The position numbers were made by a program, and so were the translations under genes. The notes under the pieces are model-generated. The model saw only the letters and a program-made list of their open reading frames with translations, ran no database searches and had not been told where the DNA came from. Of a DNA stretch of 64,000 nt, positions 47,523-58,610 are shown piece by piece. The number at the start of each line of letters is the position of its first letter. The stretch's first letter is position 1. Source of the DNA: Felis catus (taxonomy: Eukaryota); contig NC_058375.1 in the NCBI RefSeq assembly GCF_018350175.1, positions 45,508,001-45,572,000 of the forward strand, in the 5' to 3' direction.

Positions 47523-48570
47523 TCTGGCGGCTGCACAAACAGTGACCCGTGGAATTCACATTTTCATACTTGACTATGGTAGGCCAGCGTCCAGAGGTTA
47601 TTCTTGCTGTGTTTATGAAAGAGTGAAGCCTGTCAGGATAAGAAGGCTTCTGATGAAGTGCTTATTGAGAAAACATGCAGAGATTTCTGTTTCCCCAAAT
47701 TAGAGAAGGAGCTTATGATAAGAATCCTTTTCATTGATTTCTCCTCCTCAACTGCTTTCCTGCTGTCCCTCAGCATAATGACAAGCCCCGAGGTCCGGAC
47801 TTGTGAAGCAAGTCTTAGAGAAAATGCCCCAAAGTGGAATAGCTCATGGGGTCCTAACTCTCAGAATTGCACAAAGCTTCCGGGAAAGCGCACTGTACCT
47901 ATGATAGGGCCACCAGGCGAGGTGAACTGAAAAGGGATATTTGTTGTTGCCATTGGGCGGTTCTGTTAGAAACCACCCGCATGCTGCTTGTCTGATCACC
48001 CACCCGGGGCAAGTGGGAACGGCCTCTCGGGAGAAGGGAAAAGCGCCTTCGGAGAAAACCAGGGTGGAGGCAGGTAAATCACACCATAAAAGGGGACTTG
48101 TCAAACTGAACAGGGCTCAGCAAGGAACTTATGAGGACAAATAAGACCAGGGCAGTGGTGAGACAGAAGGTTCAGGGTTCAAGTGGATGTGAGGAGGGAC
48201 GCATAGGGCAATTCCTGCACTCACTAGCAGGCAATCGCTTTTTCAGCTGCTTTGTCTGCAGGCACGGATCTGCTGAGAGCATTGAGGGGGCAATGGAAGG
48301 GGACGTTGATGAGAAGCTACATTCAGCAGTCATTTTTGCCCTGGTTAATGTAAAATTGGGCAAAATCAGTTTGCCGAGTCACTGGTCAGTTCATTCAACA
48401 AACACTGCATCAAACTCTTCCTCCGTAACAGCCATTGTCCTGGGCCCTGAATTTACAAACATTTCTCTGTGCACTTGAGAGGCTCCTGGACTAGAAGGGT
48501 GACTGGTCTTCCTGATCTCCAGACGTGCGCCTGCTATCTGCTCCTTACTACAGCAGGAAGTTTCTCTCTC

Positions 48571-48778
48571 TTTTTTTTTTTTATGTTTATTTATTTTGAC
48601 AGAGAGAGAGAGAGAGAGAGAACACCAGAATGGGGAGAGGGAGAGAGAGATTCCCGAGCAGACTCCAACACTGTCAGCACAGAGCCCCATGTGGGGCTCC
48701 ATCCCAGGAACCATGAGATCATGAACTGAGCTGAGATCAAGAGTAGAACGCTTAACTGACTAAGCCACTCAGGCGCCC
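48571..48778 (-). mobile_element. CAN-SINE
   Basis: Reverse copy with (GA)n body and T tail. Confidence 0.95.
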
Positions 48779-50039
48779 TGGGAGATTTTTAAACTGAGAA
48801 GCAGGCCAGGGCATTCCCAGACTAAACCCTAGAGCGGCAACCCCTTAAAGAAAGGAAGTAAGCCTCAGGCCCTTAGCCTGGCACACAGCCCCTCTCTACC
48901 TCTCCAGCCTGACTGTGGTACTCCCAGCCCACCCCACCCCAAGATCTCTGCCTCCAGGCCTTTGCTTCGGACTTCCCCAGTGCCCACAATGGTATTTCCC
49001 CTTCTGTGCCCACCCAACTCCTTCTGGGCCTTCATTTCCTCTCTCAGATGTTATGGTCTCAAAGAAGCTATCCCCAACACCAACACCAGATCGGGTCCTC
49101 CAGTCTTCTGCATATCCGGTCATTTAGCCGGCCTTCCCCTCTGTCCTTGTAAGCGTCCCCTGCTGCACCACTCTGGCTGCCTGCTCCATTTGCCTGGCTC
49201 TCGGGAGCTTGCAAACTTCACCCAGATATATGGCCAACCTCTTCACCTTTGTTTCCCCACATGCAGTAAAAGAAATAGCACTTATTAGTCAGCGCTCCGA
49301 ATAATTACTCATGGGCTGTCTACTACATTTCGCACTCTAGGTTAGGCACTTTCATAAATAGCTCCTCTAATCTATAAAAAGTGTAAGAGGATCACATTTT
49401 GATCTCCCCTTCCCGATGTGGGTGTTTTGAGACGTTGCAGAGCTGAGCAGCCTCTCAGAGTCGCTGAGCGATTTTGGTTTGACCTGAAGGCACAGGTGGG
49501 AGTAGATCACATTCATTCCATGAGTACCACAGTCAGGCTCAGAGAGGGTGAGGAATTTGCCCAAGGTCTCACAGCTCGGAAGTGGTGGGTGGGATCATCA
49601 GGCTAAAAGAGCACGCTCCTTCTCCACCCAACACTGGCCTGCGTGCTTCTGCAGGGTCTGGTCTGGGAAGATGGGTAACACTTCTCTCTCCAAAGAGAGA
49701 ATCAAGACTACTATAGTTTTATTTCTAAAGGTGTGGCTTTCCTTATCTAAAGCTTGTTTTCCTAAGGGTTTGGGTTCTATTCAAAGGAACTAATCTCTTT
49801 CTAATGGACCACTGAACATAATAATGGGAGAAAATAGGCAGAATGAAGGCTTTTGTGTGTGAGGTTCCCTGAGAACTGGTAACAAGTCCCCAGGAAGGAG
49901 ACTCCCCAGGCTCCAGGGACCCTGAAATGGGGCTCTGGGTCCTAGATTCTGGACCCCACTCCTGAGGGTAACAGATAGCGGGCGGGATAGGTGCTGGTCC
50001 CAAGAACAGAATCCAGTACCGGGGCCAGGAATGCCTTGC

Positions 50040-50690
50040 CAGGCATGCTCACTTTTTCCTCATGTACCCTTAAAACAGTTTTCAAAAAGCTCTGTACCCC
50101 CTCACACATTTTAAGTTGACATCTGAAAGTCTTCATGGAAACTTCCAACAACATGTTGTAAATATTGACATTTTAAAATAAAATTGTGACATTGCTCTTT
50201 TGCATGTACCCAATTTGATCTAAATACCAGTTACTTAAAACCCACCACAATCCATCTGAAAAATGTAGAAACAAGTTCTTCCTTAGCAGTTGGAAATTTT
50301 ACATTCTTCTTTTTTTATTTTCCAGAAACCCCTTGAGCTCCTGTGTCTAGGTCACTCCTCCCACAGGATTTTATCCTAATGTGTTAGATTTTTATGCTAG
50401 AACCTAGTCATTCATTGATCATCCAGTACTTCTGTGAAGTGTGTGTGCATGTGTGAGTGTGTGTAAATTTCAAAATTGATAAAGCAACAGTTACTTAAAA
50501 GAGGGAGAGGAAGGGAGACTGTGAAGGAGAGAATTTGCCAGCAGGAAAGCTGTTGGGGAGATCAATGGTAGGAAAGAACATACATGGAAGTTAAGGTGCT
50601 AGAAATCGATTCCGCTAAAACTATGCTGCACATTTCTTGAAAGTCTTTAGGCACCTCTAAGGGGGCATATACCTCAGAATGAAGACCATC
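50040..50690. mobile_element. hAT-Charlie DNA transposon remnant
   Basis: TGTACCCTTAAAACAG...TGTACCCCCTCACACATTTTAAG; end GGGGCATATACCTCAGAATGAAGACCA resembles a Charlie terminus. Confidence 0.6.
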
Positions 50691-52329
50691 AGCCTCACAT
50701 CTGAGTTAAGGTCATGTCCTCCTGCCCCCAGACCCCTCACGAGCAGCTTGCAAACTGCTAGACAGTCACGGAATGAATGTGATCTACGCCCACCTGTGCC
50801 GGAAGTGCAAACCAAAATCGCGCAGCGACCCTGAGAGGCTATTCAGATAACTCTGCAACGTCTCAGAACACCCATTAGCCCTATGGGAAGCAGTGGACAT
50901 CCAGTTGGGGAGAGCACCCATGCCTGGACACAGGAGCTTACTGTGATCTGGGAAGAAGAGGCCGCCGTGGTCACCACTAGAGTTCCCACGAGCCCTCACC
51001 TCCAGACCCTGCTCTCCATCTGCCAACGCCCAGCTGCCTGAAATACTTTCCCCACCACGTTATCCATGCTGCACCTCCAACTAGATGCATTCATTCCTTG
51101 GACTTTGATGATTTTACTTAAGTATCAGCCCCTCTGACACTGGCCTAGCAAAGCTGATTATCATATCCTCTGCATAGTAGATAGAGTCTATTATTAAACT
51201 CAGCACACTGTGCTGTATATATGTGTGGGAGTGACTATGTCTTGCCTCCTTTGGAGGCACGAACCATATCTAAGCATCCAGTGTCCCATGTAGTCAATGA
51301 CTGGGAGATGACTAACATCACAAAAGGACAGTCAAAGGAGGTGTTTTCTCGAAAGAAGTTTTATGGGCCAATTTAGGTACTTTTTAAACGTCAGTTTTTG
51401 AAAGCCACTTACTTTGGCCCCTAAAGTTTTGTATACGCCTAAGATATACAGTGCCCAGGAAGAACGGCTTGACCAGCACACTCTGGGGATGCCCCACAGG
51501 AGGTGAAGCACGTGGCAAAACCTATGTTCATTTGGTGTTTGCATTCTATTCATTTGTTGCTAACAGCACTGAAAAAGATCTTGATCATTTCAGACAATAC
51601 AGGTCATTGCAGGCAGCAAAGGGGAGATTCATCACCCAGCCAGGGCGGTCTTAGCTTCTAGGGAAATGTGTCATCAAACATGTCACACAAACATGTCACT
51701 GTGCCGGGCTAAGTGGAATTCATTTTGACCCTTTAGATACTGATTTTGTCGTTTTGATTCATCAGTTACTCTGACCCCATCTACTTCAAGGGTACAGACA
51801 CTTAAATCGTTATTGCACCACAGGTAGACAGTGTTTAATTTCTACATTTTCACTTTCACTGTACGTTCTTCAAAATGAAATTTTCATTTCAATCCTATAC
51901 AGATTCGATTTCCCGAATCAGTGTATTGTCTGTACCTCATTTAATTAATTATAGCTTCGGTCATTGTGAATTTTATTTTGTGGCTATAATTCCTACCAAA
52001 TCCAATTTCTCACATCATATAGTGCAGATCTAACTTTGACAAGAAACCATGATTTGGCGTTTGGTTCAATAACAAAGATTTCCATATGTAGGTTGAATTA
52101 CTGCCGGTTCCATTTTGGGTTGACTGCTTATCTAAGCTCAATGTGCCCTGGGAAAGATTTTGCAGTTGCAAATGGCACCAACACATTGTGATCGTTTGGT
52201 CAGGCTTAATCTAAACTAAAAATAAGATGGAAAATTTTCATCAGGATTTTGTTGGTCACAACAGGAAGGATTAGAAAGGAGGTGGTGGGGGGGGGGGGCA
52301 ATGTCAAGCCACTCGTTTCCTGCTGGAGC

Positions 52330-52500
52330 AGATTGGCGTACAGAGGACCCAGGATACAGAATATCCAGATGGGGCTGGAATACCAACAGCTTGGAGATGA
52401 GGTTGATGAGCGAGAACGCGGACAGTTTGTGAATGGCCTTGAACACAGCCAAGATGAAGTTCGATTACAACAGCTGTTGAGGAAAGACCACCTTTTCCCA
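52330..52500 (-). mobile_element. L2 ORF2 C-terminal fossil
   Basis: Minus strand TTCAAGGCCATTCACAAACTG...AACCTCATCTCC translates LAVFKAIHKL (L2 LAFKALHNL). Confidence 0.7.
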
Positions 52501-53116
52501 GGCTTCCGCCTCTCTGCCCACCAGTTTCCCGGCTCCTGAAAGGAATCATCAGGCTGGTCCGAGGCTATTCGTGGAGTGTGCTGCTCTTGGGTGGAGAGCT
52601 GTGCCTCAAAGGGCAGGCACATACCTGTGTGTTCTGCTTCCTTCTGTAACCACGTGCCTCAGGTGCGAGGCCGCCACTGACCACCGTTAGGAAGGGCCAG
52701 TGAACAGCAGCGCAGAACCCAGCCCATTCTGAGTCCCAGGTGGAGACATAATCCTAACATCCTCAAATTCTTACCCCTCTTCCTAACAAGTGCTTATTGT
52801 AGGACCTTGAACAAGTTGCTTAAACTTACTCAGGGTCCATTTTCTCATGTGTAAAAAGAGAGAGTCGGTGAGAACTCACAAAAATAACTTCTAACACTGA
52901 GTGTTCACTGTAGTTCCAGCACTCTCCTAAGTGCCTTTCAGAAATGGACTCAACACTAGGAACAACCCAATCATGTAGGCACTATTAGGACTCTCTTTAT
53001 CTGAGCATGAAATCAAAGCCCAGAGAGGTTAATAACTGGTTCGAGATTTCACAGTTCTGGGTAGACTTGAATCACAGGGACTCCACCTGTCAGTCAGGTA
53101 ACCCACTCCCTGCCAG

Positions 53117-53117
<1 letters not shown>

Positions 53118-53166
<49 letters not shown>
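53118..53166. repeat. (CA)n microsatellite
   Basis: About 22 CA units. Confidence 0.99.
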
Positions 53167-54814
53167 CACCTAATTAATTAGCATAAGCATCTGATATATT
53201 TAGAACAGGTGGGCACCTTAATTGGGAAACCTGCAAAAGTGCCAAACAAGAGGGCTAAGTATAGAAGTGACACGATTAAATGTAAAGTTTAAAAATAGTA
53301 GTCTGTCATGCACATCCTCTCCCAAAGTTAGAACCGAATCACCCTCCCTAGGATGTGGGAAGTCAGACTAAAAAAGAGTAAATTCAGACCCTAGACTATA
53401 GAACAGGAAGGGCTTCCCCATGTCAGCTGCCCCAGCCCACTCTTATTGGGTTGAGATCCAGAGGGGAGGACTTGGACAGAACACTAAAGCAAGGTGGACA
53501 AGCTCCCATCCCAGGGGTTCCCACCTACCTCCTAGCTCTGCCTCCCCCACCTTGGTGCTGCCTTCCTAGCATTTGGGAAAAGAGTAAAAAAAGTATAACC
53601 CAGCCAGAGCAATAAGCATGTTCACGTGTAAGAGAGTCCGAAGGCACACCTCTCAACACCTGACCTCCACTGGACCTCTCAGATTTCTCTGGAAATAACA
53701 GACTCTCCTCATCCTGTGCAGTTCCCAGCAGACGTATCATTTAGCCTTTCCCTGGGAACAGCGGTACTTCACGGACATCTACTTCTGACTGTCAAAATGA
53801 GAAAAACATTTGAATGTCATTGGAGGGGACAGGGGACAGGACTTCAGTTCTTTTGATGGTTTTAACCCACTTCAAACTCAGCGGATGCCTCCTCTCCCTC
53901 TGAATTTCCCCCCTCTTCCCTTACCTAGCCATCTCTCCCAGTGCCTGGGTTTTGCAGACAGTCAACTCTGATCTGGATCATAGCTTTTCCACAGAATAGT
54001 TGCATAGCCACTGCGCAAGTCACTAAGCTACCTAATTATTATTCTGTGCTTCAGCTTCCAAATCTACAAAATGAGATAATTATATCTTCCTCAAAGAGCT
54101 ATACTCAAGGTTAAATGAAATCGCACAAAGGGCAATGCTTGTAAAATCTCTTTAAAAGATGCCCTCCCTTTTTTTATGATAAGCTCGCGCAGCACGTCCC
54201 CTACATCAAAGTAGAGAAATAGAAAAACCCAAATGCTACCTTATATTTTCATGGCATACGTTAGTGTTTCTGGACATTGTTGCATTTGATTTGGTTTACT
54301 GATATGTGAGTGAAACTCCACTCCCCAAGTATTTACGAACATTTAAGAGTACCTACCTCATTGTGTTGCTCTTGGGATTAAGCGAATTAATACATTCAAA
54401 GGTTTAGAAGAGTTATTTATTATTATTTACCAGTTATTATATGATCATGATGATTGTACACCATGTGCTTTGTTAGCTGCTAAGAACATGGAGATGAACA
54501 GACACAGATGTTCTCCTCTAGAAGGGCCCAGGCATCTTACTGACATCCTTTAAAGACACACGAAAGGAAACTCAGAAAAGTCATTTACTCGCTAAGGTTG
54601 TGAGTGGATACATGACAGGGAAAGGACTCCAACCCAAACCCCAAACATTCTCTCCCTCGGATGTCCATGTTCTCGCACCACAGTATCAGATAATGTTATT
54701 TGATTTCAGCTCTCCCCCAATGTGATCTTGACCTTTACTACCAACCATTTCCATGACTCCTGCCTCCAGATGCTGCTTGGGTTTCAAGTATGGAGATAAA
54801 GAGAAAGAGGGTTT

Positions 54815-55037
54815 AAAAAATTATATATATGTATAAAATGTATAATTATATAACATTATGTATTTTTATACAAACATATATAATTATATATAATTATGTG
54901 TTATAAAATGCATAATTTATAAATACATACTATGTTTATATTATATTATTACTACAATATGTACCTTTTTATACATTATGTATTTATAAATATAAGTTAT
55001 ATATACATTATATATAATTATATAAATATAATTTTGT

Positions 55038-55088
<51 letters not shown>

Positions 55089-55090
55089 CA
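54815..55090. repeat. AT-rich (TA) low-complexity tract followed by (CA)n
   Basis: TATATAATTATA motifs; (CA) repeat of about 20 units at 55042-55082. Confidence 0.97.
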
Positions 55091-56017
55091 TGAAAGAGAA
55101 AGTCTGTTGTTTACAAGGCACCTGTTTACAAGGCACCGAACTAGAGATCCTTTTACTAGATACCTTCACAGGTCCCACTTATGATGAGTATTACTGCCCT
55201 AATTATGACGCTTAAAACCAATTCTTAGAAAAGACCCTATATTTCCCAGGTAGCTGGTCGGTCCGGGACCCAGGCCCCTCCTGAGTCACAGCCCCTACTC
55301 AAACCCCCACATCATCTATAAGGATTTCGGATTTGCTCTGTCCAGCTCTTCACTGCATTCTTATGGAGCAGCTTTGAGGTGCCAGTCCTGTGCTAGGGAT
55401 TCAGAGATGTGAACGACATTGTCCGGCCCTCAGAGAGAACAAAGACAAATAATGATAGAAGAGGAGAAAATAAAAGTGTGTTGTTCATCAGGAGTCCCGA
55501 AGGTGAGACCATTAGAATGGCGTCACACTCGCTTGTGACACGAGAAAAGACTATGTGGGGAAGGACATAAGAGGCACTCAGCAAGTGCCTGAGCAGATGG
55601 AACCTGGACAACCAAACAGAGAGGGCAGCTTGTGGGAAGAAGTCCCTGTTCTACCAGCCACTCAAGTAACTTTTCCTCTAGGCATCTCACTCCACACTAT
55701 GTGTTGAGGACCTACTCAGTGCTTAGTACTATTTTTATAAGCATAAGTCCTAGTGCATCAAAGAACTCACCATCTGGTAAGAAATCAAACAAGGCAATGT
55801 AAAGACTACACTCCAATGAATCAAATATGTAAATGTGACCAGCGCACATAGGGGACTCAAGAGCTGCATTTGAAAAAGGAACTTTGTATGTCTCTCCCCT
55901 GCTCGGTGGGGTAATCTTTCCTATATACTCCCGGATGAAAGCTGAGGCAGGCCCCCGACTCCCTTGTTCACTCTTAGATAATCGAATGTTCAGTAGCCCT
56001 TTAAAATCCTTAAGTAA

Positions 56018-56128
56018 GGGATGCCTGGCTGGCTCAGTCGGACGAGCATGTGACTCTTGATCTTGGTGAGCCCCATGTTGGGTATAAAGAATACTAAAAA
56101 AAAGAATAATAAATAAACTGGGTTTTAC
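56018..56128 (+). mobile_element. Short CAN-SINE (tRNA-like head only, no CT body)
   Basis: GGGATGCCTGGCTGGCTCAGTCGG...GAGCCCCATGTTGGGT plus A tail; TSD AAATCCTTAAGTAA. Confidence 0.92.
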
Positions 56129-56450
56129 AAATCCTTAAGTAAAATCTCATTTCAGTAAAGTCAACGTAATAGGCAAAGCTTCCAACTTTGTAGAACATGA
56201 ATACTTTCTCCTCCTCTGTCTCTGGTTTAGTGCAGTCCAGGGGACTGTACCCTTTCATATCCCAGCTCCTCCTCCCACAACTCTGCTACCTCTGGTCTGC
56301 GGACACATCCTGGGGTTGGACTGGTAGAGGGACAAAGAGAGAAGAGAACATGGTAAAGGGCAGCACCGGAGAACTTCCACTTCACAAGTATTGTCATAAA
56401 CCAGCGCTCACTCTCTGCTCCTGGTGCCTCATTAAAGACGATTAAAGCTG

Positions 56451-56670
56451 GGGGCCGCCTGGGTGGTTCAGTTGGCTAAGCATCTGACTCTTGATTTTGG
56501 CTCAGATCATGATCTCACAGTTCGTGGATTCGAGCCCCTTGTCGGGCTCTGTGTGGACAGCGTGGAGCCTGCTTGGGATTCTCCCTCTCCCTCCCTCTCT
56601 GCCCCTTCCCTGCTTGCTCTTTTTCTCTCCCTCAAAATAAATAAATTTTAAAAACAACTAAAAAAAAAAA
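56451..56670 (+). mobile_element. CAN-SINE
   Basis: TSD GATTAAAGCTG. Confidence 0.97.
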
Positions 56671-57333
56671 GATTAAAGCTGGGAGAAGAACTGGGATTTG
56701 CAACCTTTGTTTAGACCCTCAATGGGAGCACTAGATGATACTTGTGATAGGTTCCCCTCAGCTGGCTGTCCCCTTCCCACACCCCGTCCCCTTGTTCCAG
56801 CAATCCGGTTCATGCGGACTCCCTAGTTAGTTCTCCCTCCCTAGTAGGTGGTTTGCGTAGAACTTTGCGTGGCTCCAGGCCTGCATTCTCTCCCACATGG
56901 TCTGTATATATTCTTCCAGAAATACCCAGCAGCTCTGACCTAACAGAATCTGAGAGGCAGGCCAATCCAGGGCCACCAGCCCTCCTCTCCATGGCCATGG
57001 CCACGAGTGGCTAGCTATCCCAGGCAGGAGGCAGAGCCAGCCCCCTCTGTCACTGTCACTTCAGAGGACTCTTACCAATCACTCCAGATGGCCCCACAGA
57101 AGCCCTCACACTGGTTTTGAAGGAAGGGTGATGTGCCCTTCCCCGACCCTACCCCTGCAGGACTGGGATTCAGGGCACCCCTCACACCAAAGACGTTTTC
57201 CTCACAAATCTTCTTTTAGCCTGCAATCTTCATCTCCAATCTTCTATGTCCCCAGTGTGGCGCAGGATCCAAGAGCCAAAGAACTGATTGAGGGCTGTCT
57301 CCTTTGGAAACTCCACACTTGGTGAATGCAGCC

Positions 57334-57539
57334 TTTTTTTTTTTTTTTTTTTTTGGGACAGAGAGAGACAGAGCATGAACAGGGGAGGGGCAGAGAGAGA
57401 GGGAGACACAGAATCGGAAACAGGCTCCAGGCTCTGAGCCATCAGCCCAGAGCCTGACGCGGGGCTCGAACTCACGGACCGCGAGATCGTGACCTGGCTG
57501 AAGTCGGACGCTTAACCGACTGCGCCACCCAGGCGCCCC
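57334..57539 (-). mobile_element. Young CAN-SINE lacking the AATAAA/terminator tail
   Basis: Perfect TSD TGAATGCAGCCTTT; body runs straight into pure poly(A). Confidence 0.98.
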
Positions 57540-57780
57540 TGAATGCAGCCTTTAACGTGGCCCACTTCCACCTGAACACCCTCTCCTATAAACAAGTCAC
57601 GCGTGCCCCCACTTTTCACATTAGGCAGCACCCCGTGTGGCAATCATGTTCCAAGTCGGCGCTCACGTGGGCTCGTTCCTCTGAAAACAATTCTTTCTGG
57701 CTCCAGTCCCACCTCCTCAGGTTGTCTCTCCCAACGGTCTCAGCAGTCGGTGACATTCCGCCCCACTACTCTCCTGCACC

Positions 57781-57795
57781 CCGCGAGGTGGCACC
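57781..57795 (+). promoter_or_regulatory. Candidate CTCF site
   Basis: CCGCGAGGTGGCAC, 13/14 match to CCGCGNGGNGGCAG; motif only. Confidence 0.4.
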
Positions 57796-58464
57796 AAGTC
57801 TCCCTTGCGTGTAACAGGCCCCACGTGATTAATTTTTGATCCGTCGACTTGAAGACACTGTTGACTGTAGCCGTACGGCATTAGCTGCTCCCACTGTATC
57901 CACTGCCCATCTTCCTGGAAGATGCTCATTCAGCATCCATTCATGCATGGAGCAGTGGAGACCACGTACCTTGCACCAAAGCTATTTTGCCCTTAAGGGG
58001 TTCCTCTGCTGCAAATAGAGGGAATTAATCTTTCTTAAACCTCGATATGTCAGGTACCGATCATTTCACTTACTTCCCAAAATAACCCTCAGGAATATGT
58101 ATCACTTTACCACTCTTCCAGATAGGAAAACTCAGATTCAAGCAGGTTAAGTAACCCGCCTGAAGACACACAGCATCTAAACGGTGGAGTTAAGTTTAAG
58201 TACCTTTGACTCCAAAACCCATGGGCCATAATAAAAGGAGAAGTCAGTCACAAGACAGGAGACGTGGGGTTCATCCCAACCCTGTCATTAATTTGACTGT
58301 GGCCTTGGATCATTTCCATCTCCTGTCTGAGCCTGAGTCTCCTTATCTGTAGGTGAAGGAGCCAGATACAGTGACCACTCCTGCCCTTCCAACTTGCAGA
58401 GCTCTGAGCTACTGAGAGGTGCTTATGTTAGTCACATTGGCTGGCACAGATGTTTTAATTCAGA

Positions 58465-58610
58465 ATTTCCCTTGTGGTAATCAATCTCATCTTGTTATTT
58501 CCTGCCTGCACTACTAACCTCCTTCATTTGGGATCATTTGTATTGCTTTTTTGTGTTACTCATGTTTATAGAGGGCCTGATTTAGCATCATCTGCAAATT
58601 TCATCAAAGG
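58465..58610 (-). mobile_element. CR1/L3-type RT catalytic-site fossil
   Basis: 58607-58581 LMKFADDAK; downstream RRLVVQAGNNKMRL (CR1 DRLEKWAENNKMKF). Confidence 0.8.

Noticed and set aside
52206-52622. Overlapping ORFs with protein-like composition
   Set aside because: The core matches the L2 3' coding region on the minus strand; no coherent exon structure.
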